Source: Octopus sinensis (taxonomy: Eukaryota). Taken from it: a DNA stretch of 64,000 nt. The DNA is taken from the NCBI RefSeq assembly GCF_006345805.1, contig NC_043001.1:4960001-5024000 (forward strand), given 5' to 3'. Each line of letters opens with the position of its first letter. The first letter of the stretch is position 1. Shown piece after piece: positions 1-14,270 of this stretch. The position numbers and the translations under genes were made by a program. The notes under the pieces were generated by a model. The model ran no database searches. It had not been told where the DNA came from and saw nothing but the letters and a program-made list of their open reading frames with translations.

Positions 1-360
1 TACCATAGCACGATCTTCTCTCTTGGTCGTTTTTCTTGGCCTACCTGTAAACTATCTTGCTTCACACGAACAACATTCATCGTAGACTTTAAGAATACCG
101 TGTACAACACTTTTTGACTTATTAACAATCTTTGCAATAGATCCAATACTTAAATTATCCTACCTTCGAAGCTTAATAATCTGCTGACGAATTGGTAACG
201 GAGTAAGTGGCATTATATTAACAAATTACACTGCAAAGATTCTTACTAATGTTTAGTAAACGAACCGTCACGTAAAAAAATTCAAAACATTAGAGTTCAC
301 TGGTTAAATATACTAAAACACGGATAAAAAGCAACCGTTCTGATCATTTTGGCCGCCATG
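1..360 (-). mobile_element. Tc1-like DNA transposon, 5' end with pseudogenised transposase N-terminus (truncated by window edge)
   Basis: Minus frame from ATG at 213: MPLTPLPIRQQIIKLRR*DNLSIGSIAKIVNKSKSVVHGILKVYDECCSCEAR*FTGRPRKTTKREDRAMV. This is a paired-like HTH plus the GRPRKTTxREDR linker of Tc1 transposases, with two in-frame stops. A TIR-like end (tggcggccaaaatgatcagaacgg on minus) lies near 335-358. Confidence 0.85.
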
Positions 361-1289
361 GGTTTTGCAGTAAATCACTAAATCATCCATAACCTTTGTA
401 TTATCCTCTCAAATTACACCAAAATCTCGTATTTATTGTCTGTGAAAATTATAGAATATAAAACAACTTTGATAAAAAGTTATATCTTCTTTTCTGACAA
501 AAACAATGCCGTTCTGAACATTTTAGCCGCCACTGTATGTATATACCTTCAATTAATGAAATTATCGTTCGCATATCTGTTTCTGTTTCTGTGTGTGTCA
601 GTATTCGCCATGATAGATCGCTAGCCACTACAAATTCTTTATTTTGTATCCTTGTTTCTTTCTGTGTTCCTTTCTGTGGAAGAGCGTAGGCTCGAAACAT
701 TAAAGACTATTTCACTTCGCCAGCGTTAAACTAATACGTCTGTTTGTTGTGTACACTACCTATCTTCGTCTTTTCTTTTTTGAATTCACCCCGATATATT
801 CATATACGTATATGCATAAATACACACACATACAGAGACAAACGCACACACTCACATATATATGCATGTATATATATAGTTACTACTCTGATCACTCTCT
901 ACTTTACTTGCTGCAAATCCGTGACCGACGGTCGCTTTGTTTACAATATATTGCTGGCTGGAACGGACACTGGCTATCTCTCTGGCGACCGAGTACTTAC
1001 CACTGAAGATAATAACCAATTCGAAACTTAGTCTCGCGATCCTGCTGTCGCTCTACCTCTCCAGCATACACCTGACAACGTTTTAAATTTACACTACAGA
1101 TTTTAATTGCAAATTCGTCATCCCAATTGCTAAAATATTTACACCCCCATAATTAATATATTTACTTTACTGTCAGAGTATCTTTAATTGTTTCGATCTA
1201 GTTCGCTCCCACTGCTAGAATTATATATGTATTTACAATGTGCAGCACTGCAATGACACCCAGCTGGTGGAAGATCTGCCTGGGGCTGG

Positions 1290-1463
1290 CCTTGACACAT
1301 TTCCCGTGTCCTTATATTTTCAAAGGGGAGATAAGCACCCCCACCCAGCAAAGTGCATTGGATGTACGCCTAGGAATTCCAGCGTGTACGTAGGGTATAT
1401 TTTGCTGGGTTGAGGTGCTTATCTCCCATTTGATAACATGAGGGCACCGAAAAGGTGTCAAGG
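1290..1463. repeat. Imperfect fold-back / MITE-like palindrome
   Basis: Left arm ccttgacacatttcccgtgtcc...gggagataagcacccccacccagcaaa matches the reverse complement of right arm tttgctgggttgaggtgcttatctccc...gtgtcaagg over ~63 bp with ~10 mismatches. Confidence 0.75.
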
Positions 1464-2184
1464 ACAACAGGAAACTGTATTTCCGAAGGCTAAATAACAG
1501 TAGCATTCTTCCCTTTCATGGGACTGTCATATTAAGTTGACAACAAGTGTGCGTATATACATGTGTACACATGTGAGAGCAACTGTCTTTGAACGTACAT
1601 GTAACTGTTCGTTATACCATCGATAAGCAGCTGGTGGAAGTTCTGCCTGGGGTTAAACAAGTAATAACATGAACCAACGACTTTGACATGGCGATTAACT
1701 TTACTTGTTTGTATAATTACTACACTGCTCCTTTCTTGGGATTTTAAACCTAGCTACTTCTCTAACTCCCCCCATATATATATATATTATATATATATAT
1801 ATGGGTGTGTGTGTGTGTGTGTGTGTCTGCGTGTGTGTATGTGTGTGTGTGTGTGTTTGTGTCCATGTAAATACCCTGTTTTCTTTAAACTATTAATTAT
1901 TTCTGCTATATCGAAAAGAATGATGTCTCCATGGGGACAAGTGTACTTTCGGAAGTAAAATGTCTAAAAATGGTAAAAGAAGCCAACCAAGAGAATTTTT
2001 ACATAAACACACGAATGATATCCAAAATCGTCAATCGATAATAACTGAAATCTAGTTCCTATTAGGATAACGTATACCAACAAAAAAGCGAATTCTCTAC
2101 GGAGAAAAAAGTTTTTTCGAATATGCGCCTCTTCCTCTCTCTCCCTCACACAGTCCCCCTCTTACACTCTCTCTCTCTCTCTCT

Positions 2185-2272
<88 letters not shown>

Positions 2273-2723
2273 GCACATATATATATGAGACAGAAAATAT
2301 TTTAGTGGGAAAACGCACGTGGATATATACTAAAATAGAAAATGAAATATCACAGCAGATTTGTTTTAGATGATGAAGGAGTGTGTTAGTGTCACAAGTA
2401 TAAAATATTATACAATTTTATACAGAATAATATTTTTCTCTTTCAATATAATGAAAGTAAGAACCCGTTTCGAATTGCTCATCCAGCAAAGGGTTGAAAA
2501 AGAGACATATTGCTAGGGGAGATAAGTGGTCACTCAGTAATTTTACAGTCAAAGGGGAGGTAAATATGTAATTTTTATTTTCGTTCTGTATTTTGTTCGA
2601 GTTTATTTATTCTGTCGAACAAAACCTCATTTTGTACAAAAGTGTTTAATATCTTTATTATTATGATTATATACTCCTTAATTCTGTAATACAAATATTC
2701 CCTATTATTTTCATAGTTTCTGT

Positions 2724-2799
<76 letters not shown>

Positions 2800-4374
2800 T
2801 ATACAAACATGTATATATATAGGAAAAGAAAATGGATATAATAACAATGGGAAACTCGTGGAAGAAACAGAGATGAAGGCAGCTACTAAAGATTAACGTA
2901 GAAGACGGAGTTTAAGAAAATCATTTATTTGCACAACAATTGTTTCGCCTTCAATTTGCTCTGCTCCGTAGCGTAGAACAATGCAATAACAACAGAAGCG
3001 ACACACGATGCAAAAGTGCTGCTTCAGGTGTCACAATATGCTTATGAGTTCAGAGATCGATATGTCGATTTTGTTTCAGGTGAATGATATTGTTGCGAGA
3101 TCCTAAAAGCTTCGATGTGCATGTGCTAGTGAGGAGGGTTTACTTAGGAAGAAAATACAAGAGGGCAATGTGGGCGTTGCATTTGGTGCTATTGCATCGT
3201 GCCACATCTATTAGAGAACAATGTATCTTGACCCCGAAACAATTATTGTGATAAGAAATGTTTTTACGCATACATCGTCTTCTTTGTCTTTAAAATATAC
3301 CCTACGTCCACCCTGGAAAGACTGGATGTAACGATAAGGATGTTACATCAATATATTAATTGTTTTTACTATATTATTACAGGAAATACATGTGTGTCAT
3401 GTATTTCATGAATTAATATCCTAAAACTTTGTATATTGATCTGTCTAACTTGATCATCGCTACATTTTTCTTTTATGCCAGGTGAATTTTAATACTCTTC
3501 AGGACAACTAAATGCATTCTATACTGAAAATATCTGATTCCCATCCCTGAAACATATACCTTTCACTCGGCTCAGCGCTTCTTACATATAACACTCGTGG
3601 ATATGCATTTCAAGATCTCTACACGAAACCCTCTCTACCGAAATCTAATGACTTTATCACTCAAATGTGGTGGAGAGCGCTTTACTCTTTAAACATCTCT
3701 TTCGTTACTTTTCTGTGTAAGTCGGACCTCTTTTGTATCTAAACATACATACATTCTTTGTATATCACCCTTGTCTTTCATGTATTAATATAGTAAGTTG
3801 TTATATAGACATGTAAGATACTTATCTACACATCTATTTCAATACACGCTCAAGTTTAATTCTCTTGAGCACTACGAAGTGTATACTGTAACGAGAATAT
3901 CCGATTCGCATCTATGAACTATATATATATATATATATATAGACATATGCACATACCGATATATTCATATATTCTTTGGAATAACGATCAAATTATAACG
4001 AAATGTTTCATTATATATCAGTTTGACGTGTAGCTTCTTCCAATTTATTTAAATAAATACTGGTTCACCTCGTGATCGTTAGTAAATGTGTATAATTATA
4101 TAAAGTGTAAATTCATTTGAAGTTGATAGAATTTTCGAATGAAATTCTTATCTTCAGCTTCATAGTGTTTTTTTTCTTTATTTTTCCCGTAGTCATCCTA
4201 ATGAAGAATATTGAGCAATACAGATCTCTAATTGAATAAAGACTTTCCATTTACTTTATTCGAGGGCACTTATACGATTCAGCCTGGAGAATTTAATATA
4301 GGAATATTTCTATGAATATACGTATATTTCTACGTATATTTACATATGAAGAGAGGAAGATAGATAGATAGAAT

Positions 4375-4430
<56 letters not shown>

Positions 4431-4440
4431 TATACTATAT

Positions 4441-4510
<70 letters not shown>

Positions 4511-4514
4511 ATTG

Positions 4515-4545
<31 letters not shown>

Positions 4546-4680
4546 TATGGATGTATGTGTGTATGTGTATTTATAGCGTGCCTGTGTGTATAAGCTGCTT
4601 GTTTGTATGTACGTATATAAATGCATATATTCAGTTAAACATGACTCTACTTAATTACATATATGTTTATATTAATTGGT

Positions 4681-5037
4681 GGAGGTGCATTGGCCCAGTG
4701 GAGAGGGCAGGTGTGCTCGCGGTCGTAGGAGTGTTGTTTCGATTACCAGACTGGTCCTTCTGAGTGTTTAGTGAACTAAATCACCCAACGCTTCACGAGA
4801 CCCCGACAGGGGGCTGTGATGTACTCTTTCACCACAAGTTCTCTCTCTCTTTCTCCCTGTTTCTGTTGTACCTATATTTCTAGGGCCAGCCTTGTCACAC
4901 TCTGCACGACGCTGAATCTTCCACGAGACCTACGTTAAGGGTACACGTGTCTGTGGAGTGCTCATCCACTTACACGTTAATTTCACGAACGGACTGTTCC
5001 GTTGATCGGATCAACTAGAGCACTCGTCGTCGTAACG
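4681..5037 (+). mobile_element. tRNA-derived SINE (Octopus-type)
   Basis: tRNA-like head with A box (tggcccagtgg) and degenerate B box (gtttcgattacc), followed by a body ending gtcgtcgtaacg. Confidence 0.7.
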
Positions 5038-5283
5038 TAATTATTTACACCCATTTACACCCATACACACATACACATACACAATATACTGATCCGTGAG
5101 AGATGATTCAAGAAAAAGTACTCCATCTGGTGAGATATAATATTATCTATTTAAAAGATACATGTATTTAAGTGCTACTTAAAGTTTTATATGTTGAGAA
5201 ATGCTCAAATATATTCTTTAGGCGCGAACCACATATAATAACTTTTTAAAATATGGAATGCCTGTATTGCGCACTTTAAATAG

Positions 5284-5341
<58 letters not shown>

Positions 5342-5405
5342 TGTGTGTGTGTGTGTGTATATGTATGTATATTTTATGTATGTATGTATGTATATATATA
5401 TATAT

Positions 5406-5450
<45 letters not shown>

Positions 5451-5467
5451 TGCAGATGAATAAGTGA

Positions 5468-5584
5468 TTAAAATTGCAGGCAGAAACAGTTGAAGCAATT
5501 TGCCGGAGTGAAATTTGGCTTTGTCCAGCGAAAGTCCTTGCAATCCATGTAGTCCGTAAATTTACAATCCACTTCTGGTCCGAC
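5468..5584 (-). CDS. Candidate terminal exon, Cys-rich peptide [38 protein letters not shown]
   Basis: Acceptor ttttggacttgcag| at 5585, phase-0 open frame to TAA at 5468-5470, 5 Cys in 38 aa, GC content above flanks. No homolog recognised. Confidence 0.35.
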   Translation of the reverse strand, partial: VGPEVDCKFTDYMDCKDFRWTKPNFTPANCFNCFCLQF

Positions 5585-8500
5585 CTGCAAGTCCAAAATT
5601 CATGCACCGAAAAAGTCAGTAGAAGTTCCTGAATTATATCAGAAAAAATGGTAACATGAAAAATTATCTGTTTTTATCTGTATCATTTTTAATCTGTCCA
5701 ACAGATTGGCATTTTGCATAAATCTGAAATTTATTCCTCTTGCGCATTAATTCTGTTGAGTTCCAGAGATATCAAGAAGGTTTATTCCAACGTATCCTTA
5801 TCGAAACCCCACCACATTCCAACAGACAACAAGAAACATTTAACTAGGAAACCTAGAAAATTTGGTCAAAAGAATGGGCAGGGAAGCAAATGTGTACTGT
5901 TGAGTAACAATTGAAATATGATGTGGCAAATATTCCCGCCGTTATAAAATTGTTGATGGCCTCATCACATATATAGATGGGGCAACTAAGAAATATTTCA
6001 TAAGAAATATTATTTACGTCATAACATATCGTGTGAATATTATTAATTTGAAATATGTTTCGATTTGACGACAGATTTTTTACTGAGAATGCAAAAGAAA
6101 ACAATCATTAAATTAACTACTAAGTAATATATTCTACACCGCAATTCCTTGAGTAATAATTAACTATTTCTGTAGAACCTTAGTTCATCAAATATTGATC
6201 AAACAATATGGAGAGTCAATTCTAACTCATGTATCTGAAACGTAGGTTTAAAAATGTATAATTATCCATTCTTTTGTGATTCATTTTTATAAATCCGGCG
6301 TATGCAATAGAAGCATTGAATCTAAACGTCCATTTATGTATTATGTATCACCGTTAACCGGTATGTTGGCTTTTTGTTTTCTTTAGAGAGGGAGAGAAAA
6401 TCATTTCTTTGACGTACAGCTTTAAAAGCACTAGATATCTCGGAGAAAAGCGAATACCGTCACAGCAGCGAACTAGCGGAACGTCAGACTGCTTTCTTGT
6501 CCTTCTTTAGTAATTTTTATGCCATGAACTCACAACTCACCTGTCGACGTGAAATATATATCTTTCGGTACATAAGAAGCAGTGGAAGGATTATTTTGGT
6601 TGGATGATAAATAGTCCCGTAATAAATTGCAATTGAATCAATGATGCGAATGCTACTATGCAATAAGAGAACCCGATTATCTAATATTAAACCGCATTAC
6701 TTTATTCAAGATATATATTGTTATGCGTTTGAATTAACCTATTTCGGAAACGAAACCTGCATGTTACCTAAGATGCGGAAGCCCGGATTTTATCAGCATC
6801 CATTCTAAATGTGTGTCTAAGACAAAATACGTATATACATACGGTAACTATAATCCGAACCGACCATTTTGGGAGGTAAATATATGTCCACTTTCTCTAT
6901 GGACGTTCATCTTATATCATATATTGTGAAATCTCTTATACTGTTTGAGACTTTTTTCTATTCTGCATCGCAGAAACATCAACACATATCAGATTTACAC
7001 ATCACTAAAAAATGTTTCGCAAATGAAACATATAAGATACATTTTGTGAGTTGATTTAATGTAAATTTAATGTTTGTCTGTTATTTGGAAGAAACATATC
7101 ACGTTTAATTTCTCCCGAACTTTTAAACATCTTACTATTAGAAATTTTACTTAATATAATTGCATAGAAAAGATATTTGATACGCTAAAGTTGAACTTTA
7201 CATTGTGTTAAGCAATGTTACTACATTGTTTAAACATAACAAATAATGTAATGATAGAAATTGAAAATAATGATTTCAAGCGAGAATTATATGGTTATTT
7301 TTCACTTGAGTTTTACATTAATTTCATCTGATTATTTTATTTCATGAATTATATGGAAACCTAAGTCCATTGACAATACTACAGAGAAATACATTTCTTT
7401 TCTACTCCATGTTAAGCTATAGCAAATTTAAAGTTGGAATTTTTTTTTCTTCTGAAATATTCTAACATTCCCAGGAACGATTTCCCCATGGTGAATAAAT
7501 AGTACTTAATATTCCTGTCAATTCATCACATCTTTAAATCAATGTTTGTCATCATGTTCAAAGTGGCAGCTTCAATTCATAACAGTCTTCTTCATGTTAA
7601 ACTATTCAGTTTTAAACATTTTTTGTTGTGGTATTGAAATATTTTCCTATCATTTTAAAATTTCCAAATCAGTTGTAATGAAGGGTTGTTATTAATTGCC
7701 TCCTCTTAAGAATTAATTATAATTTTAATTGATTTATACAAAATATTCGGTTATTGTTGTTGCTGCCTATTGTTTCTGTGTAGTAGAGTTGGACAGTTCT
7801 CTGCTGCAAATAAATTTTGCTATATTTATGTTTTGTTTTTATTTTAATTCTAAACACCCTTACCGCAATTTCATTAGTCCCCATTTTAGTTCTTTATTTT
7901 CTAATGAGTTGAAAACTATAAACACTAATTTAAATATGTTTCGCATTGATCAATGTTTAGGATGGAAATCGTTTAAAATAATAACGAAATTTCCAATGGA
8001 AAAAAAAAACGAATTGTTTCAATTAAAAAACAACTAAAATTTAATTTTATATTTTGTAATTACGTTCTTTCTAATCAAGATTTTCAATATTCAAAACAGG
8101 ATTTCGAAGATGATTCATTACGATTTGTTCTAATCTAATATTCCTCTAAAAAATAAAAATTAAAGGAAAAGGTATTTGTATAAACAGAAACTGAATCAGG
8201 GAATATTTTATATTGTGCTGCTTTGAAAGAAAAGATGGTGTGTCCCGGTAACTCGTCATACAAAATCCATGACATTCATGTTCTTTTCAGCGGGTAGTTT
8301 GCTTTACAGTAGGTTTGTGATGTGTCTATTCTTCGAATATAGTACCCTCCTGTGAGGATGCAGTAAAACCCGCTAATTATATAAAACGCTCCTCTCTCAA
8401 ATCACATACTCCGGAGGGGACAGACATAAGGTGCTCATAAATGTATTCTGTCTCGAAAATAGGACGAATTGTTTTTGATGATAATTCGTTCAACTGAAAC

Positions 8501-9805
8501 GAGCAGAGTATTAAAGTTCTTCGCCACAAATCGTAGCTACATATGAGAAGCAAGCTATGTTAAATCTCAAGCAATTAATTATTTATTGTAAAAATATTTT
8601 TGATTGTTATAATACTTCAGATTTCCTCCCTTGGTTTGCATAAGGTATATTCAGTAGTCACTTTAAATTAAGTGCTAAGCCTTAGAAGAATCCTAACCAT
8701 ACAACGGTATTTGGCTCGACACTATACTCTCTGATTTAAAATCCTTTCAAGAACAACTCTGACATTCGTCCGTACGAGGTTAATAATATCAAGTACTAGT
8801 CAAATAGATGGGTCTGTATGATTAATTGTTGTCTACTAGAAAGTTGTGGATTATCTCTTATTGAAGATATTCATAATAGTTTTTTTTAGTTATAAATGTG
8901 AAGCGAATTCGTAGAATCTGTTGCGATGCAGAACGGAATGAATGACGCTAAATGTTTCTCTTCCTTGCATTCTCAGTTCAGCCTTTTACTGTCTTTAACT
9001 TCACGTCTTCAAATCTTAACGAGGGATAACTTACAGAAATAATTTTGGCGTTTGTATTCAGACTCCCTGAGCGATACACATAAACTAAATGAAGCAACGA
9101 AATGATGTTTTGCGCGTTTCAAAGTTGTATGCCAATGAGATATGAATTAATGCCTAAGTTACATTTTTATTAATAATTACTATAGCTGGCGATAAGAAAG
9201 AGACGTCTGGCTTAAATTTCCATGAATAAACCAACAGAACTCGGAATTATAATTTAATTAATAACTGTTCTGTATAAAGTGATAATTCGCCAGGCCACGT
9301 TAAGCGTCAGAAAACATGAATTAAGTAGAGAATTCGAATTACCCCAATAGGAGTATTGCATATAAGGATTACGAAAATGGAAATGGATCAGAGGTGCTGA
9401 TCCGCTAATTACCTGTCCCCAATGTGTACATTTAATTTGGTCTAAGAAGGAATGATAAGTGTATAAACCATGGGCGAGTACCGAAGCCGATTTTCATGGA
9501 ACATCATGACTGTCGGACTCTGTAAATGGGTGCTCGAAATTAATACCTTGAAGCATATACTCAGGTGATGGTAAATTGATTATGTTGTAATTCATTCATT
9601 CGAAATATTAAATGATATCATACTGTGTTGATTTCATTTACGCTGTCGCTACATTATCATTAAGTTAGTCACGTTCTCTACACCAATTATCTGAAACTCA
9701 CTAAGTTGTTTCATATTTCCTAATATACAACATAGAATTATATAAATTACAAAAATATTAGCTTTTTCGATATAACCCCCTCTCTCTCTTTCTGTATATA
9801 TATAT

Positions 9806-9860
<55 letters not shown>

Positions 9861-9863
<3 letters not shown>

Positions 9864-10055
9864 TGTGTTTGTCCCCCCAACATCGCTTGACAACCGATGC
9901 TGGTGTGTTTACCTTCCCGTAACTTGGCAGTTCGGCAAAAGAGACCCATAGAATAAGTACTAGACTTACAAGAATAAGTCCTGGGGGTCGATTTGCTCGA
10001 CTAAAGGCGGTGCTCCAGTATGGCCGCAGTCAAATGACTGAGACAAGTAAAAGAG
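9861..10055 (+). mobile_element. SINE 3' half following a (TA)(TG) tract
   Basis: gtctgtgtttgtccccccaacatcgcttgacaaccgatgctggtgtgttt...ggcggtgctccagtatggccgcagtcaaatgactgagacaagtaaaagag; same family as 15617-15950, 24475-24930 and 32581-33150. Confidence 0.85.
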
Positions 10056-10068
10056 TATATATATATAC

Positions 10069-10176
<108 letters not shown>

Positions 10177-10205
10177 CAGATAGATAGATAGATATATATT
10201 GTATG

Positions 10206-10267
<62 letters not shown>

Positions 10268-11559
10268 CGTATATGCTTTGTGTCATCTTCCTTACGTCAT
10301 CGAACTGCGGTCATGCTGGGATAACGCATCGAAGGGTTTAGTCAACACAACACAACACAACATATTTTCAAAATGTAGTGTCTTGAAAACTGGCCGCTAC
10401 CGTAAGGGCCTAATTTTTCATTTATAGAAGAAAAAAATATCATGATGAATAAATTATTTGTGATTGTAACGCATAGTAAATTAAATCCGGTGTCTTAATT
10501 CAATTTACTAATTCCATTTGCGAGTGATTTCGGTATGACGGTTTGGAGAGATAAGTGTTGAGTCCTGTATAGCATAGACAGCATTTGCCAAGGAAATAGG
10601 AATGCGATGCGGCTTAGAAGACAAATGCTTAATATATACCACTTGAGTATTACAAACATGAATGGAAGTCAAAAATGGCGTGCAGAATGACTGGTTAATG
10701 AAACAGCTTTTCAATTAAATTTTAATATGATCGCAAAGCACCGAAGTATGAGGGAAAATCGTTGTAACGCAGCTATTATACACAAGTTTAATGACTACAA
10801 CAATGTGTGTTTAATTTTCTCCATTCATTAAACTTACCTACATTTTCTTTTCGGTTTGTTTCTTTATATTTTAAAGATTTTGCCGGTGAATGTTGCTTCT
10901 CATTTAAAGGTAACAAAAGAACAGAAATATTTTTCTATCAATTTCTGAACTGCTTCTCTCACTGCCAAAGTTGTCTGAGACGTAATTGTGCCTATGGTTA
11001 TTCACTGCTGAATACTAATAAATAAATAACACTGCAACGCTCGACATTCTCTATGTTGCCTTTCTTTGCTGTGAATAAAAGAAAAGTTGATGCCAAAAGA
11101 TTTTTATTGAACAGTTATGCCTGGCAGGTATTCACTAAATTTCATGTTATTGCCTTCACAGACATCTTGACAGCCTCCAATATAACATCGTCAACATTAT
11201 CGCTACAGGCACAATGTCCAATTCTCCAAGTACATAATATCTACGCATTGAGAGCAAAATTACTTAGTTAAAATTACTAATTCTAACATTGCTTGGTTGT
11301 TCACGTTGTAAGAGAATGTTTTGTAGAGACGCTAATTTCAAGTAATTGTATGAAGGAAAGGAAAAAAAAAAAGCTAATAAATCATGGAACAACATATTTC
11401 AATAAACTCAGTCCAGAATACGTATATTCTTCATCAGACACAAACTAAAAACGTAATTATCATATATGTTGGAATGCAGGTGTATATCAATATTAACTGC
11501 AATCCTCTCGTTCACACTCTCTTTCAATCTCACTCCTTTTTCCTTACACACATACACCA

Positions 11560-11566
11560 ATATATG

Positions 11567-11626
<60 letters not shown>

Positions 11627-11967
11627 CACAAACTTATGTATATGTATATATGTATTTATATATAAATAAATATATACGCATATATATGTATATATATATA
11701 TATATAAGTATATGTATATGTATATATATGCACTTATACGCATACATATATGTATATATATGTATACACACTTGTATATGTATATGCATATATATATGTG
11801 TTTATGCATATATATATATATAGAAAGAGACATATATACATACATATATACATATATAGATAAATACATGCATATCTATTATATGTATTTATACGTGTAT
11901 GTATTATATGTATATTTACACATATTGCTGTATATTATATATATTATATATATTAATATATATATAT

Positions 11968-11999
<32 letters not shown>

Positions 12000-12010
12000 G
12001 ATGTGTGGGA
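11560..12010. repeat. Compound (TA)n/(TATG)n microsatellite
   Basis: Direct reading; source of several spurious YI/IY-rich ORFs. Confidence 0.9.
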
Positions 12011-12275
12011 GAGCCTCTGTGTGTGTGTTTTTGTTTGTATATGCGTGTGTTTAACTTTAGAAATACGCGCGTACGCACATCTTTATATATGCACATAGAT
12101 ATATCCATAAACAAACATTTAAACTCAAGTATCCATAATTACCTCCCCTGCGATTTTGCAAGATTTTATTGGCGTTGGTGTGCGTAAGTGAATATTTTTT
12201 ATATATATTATTGAAAATTTGGCTCTTTTATCAACTGGCCTTATTAACTGACTTCTTTCTCGATCATTCCTTCTG

Positions 12276-12317
<42 letters not shown>

Positions 12318-12577
12318 AACTGGTGATATTGGTATATCCATTTCTCATACGTAACGAGAAACAAAGTTTTGACTTTTTTTTCGAAATTTCACTCTGTGAT
12401 TAACCTGCAACTATTCTGTCAAATTCCAAACATATATATTAAATTTATTGTGATATAGATTTTTAACTCACTTTATAAATCGAAATTGTTTGTTCTTCAC
12501 TTGGCGTCATATTGTATAAATATAGTCCCATGTATCGATTAAAATTCTTATTCCTTTCCCTTATATCTATCTATCTA

Positions 12578-12608
<31 letters not shown>

Positions 12609-12674
12609 ATATCTATCTATCTATATATCTATCTATCTATCTATCTATCTATCTGTCTCTCGCACTCTCGCACT

Positions 12675-12724
<50 letters not shown>

Positions 12725-12793
12725 ATATATATATATAATATATATATATATAATAACAAAGGCTAAAATTACTTTGCTGAATACTTTTATTAA

Positions 12794-12835
<42 letters not shown>

Positions 12836-13863
12836 GCACACATATATATATAACTATCTATATATATATGTATACACACACACAAACACACGCACACTCA
12901 CACACACTCACATATATACATATATAATTTAAAGTGTATTCCTCTAGGAGCGTAACAGAGTTCAACTCAGAGCTCGTTTGCATCTCTCAAATCTTCTTCG
13001 ATATCTTTGATGATGTTGCCTTTATTACGATCTTCTTTGCACCCTTGTCTTTCAGATTCCAGAAACAATTCTTTGTTACATTCTTTATTTCCGTGAGCAT
13101 TTTTTACTCGTTAGGTCGGTCGGTGTTTTCATAAAAAGTTTTGGATACTTTTTCAAGATTTCCTATATTCTCTGCTGTAATTGAAGGCCGAAATGCATTT
13201 TCTGTTCCCTTCCCAATTCTTGGTGGCTACACTTGATTCCATCAATGCATAACCTTTTGGTCTGGACCAATACCAATCGTCAACAAATAATGTTGACAAA
13301 TACCATATTAAGGTTATTTTTCGCATCCAATAAACTATTTAATTTTCATAAATGTTGTACTTTTTTCTTGAATGAAAAACAAAACAAAAACTATAAAACA
13401 AGGAAACTTAAAACTTCCCGGAGCTAAAACGAGGTTTTACTTAGAATTGTTTCTTATTTATATAAGTAAGCGCAACATCCATTTACTAACACAATTCTTA
13501 CTATCTTTAATCAGTTTGTTTCGTTAAACATGTTTACTAATATCAAATAACTCAATGGAACAAATGGAATTTTATTCTAATAACTTATACAGTCTGATTT
13601 TGTATAACGGAAATAATAAACGATGAATTATTTCAATCCATACAGAATTGGATCACAAACTGTAATATTAAATTTCCCGTAACATTTTATAGTAACATCA
13701 TATCTAATAATATATTTATGGTCGTTTGCATCAATTCGTAACTCATGATGAAATTAAAATGATGACTGTTTAAATATAGAACCGCACAATGTCACTAAAT
13801 CATTCCTTTAGTTGAATTTGCAGCCTTACCATGTTCCCTGGTGGTAATAATAATTGCTAATGA

Positions 13864-14270
13864 AGGCAACTAACAGACAGAAACGTTAGCACGCCGGGCG
13901 ACATTGTTAGCGGTATTTCGTCTGCCGCTACGTTCTGAGTTCAAATATCGCGCAGGTCGCCTCTGCCTATCATCCTTTCCGGGACGATAAATTAAGTACC
14001 GCATGCGTAGTGGGGTCGATGTAATCTATTGCTCCCTCCCCACAAATTTCGGACCTTTTGTCTGGAGTAATCATTTCGAGATGGCAGAATCGTTAGCACG
14101 CCGGGCAAAATGCTTAGCGGTATTTTGCCTATGCTGCTACATTCTGACTATAAGTTCTGCCGAAGTCGACTTTGGCTTTCATTCTTTCGGGGTCGATAAA
14201 TTAAGTAGCAGTTGCATGCAAGGGTTGATCTGATCGCGGTACCCGCCCCCGAAATTACAGGCTTTGTGCA
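13864..14270 (+). mobile_element. Two adjacent copies of a tRNA-derived SINE (gcagaaacgttagcacgccggg family)
   Basis: Copies at ~13864-14063 and ~14080-14270 share cagaa(a/t)cgttagcacgccgggc...ttagcggtattt...ttctgagttcaaa...gataaattaagta; homologous to 31371-31470, 31711-31948 and 41281-41441. Confidence 0.85.

Noticed and set aside
6541-6657. Minus-strand open stretch ending at a CAG|GTGAGT donor (IRIIDSIAIYYGTIYHPTKIILPLLLMYRKIYISRRQ)
   Set aside because: Ambiguous acceptor, AT-rich composition and no recognisable motif.
10880-10912. 33-nt micro-exon ILPVNVASHLK resembling a nucleotide-cyclase motif
   Set aside because: Only 11 aa, AAG acceptor, and no other cyclase exon in the window.
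12960-13330. Purine-biased minus-strand stretch with broken frames (RPSITAENIGNLEKV...)
   Set aside because: Multiple stops and no diagnostic motif; probably an old TE fragment that I cannot assign.
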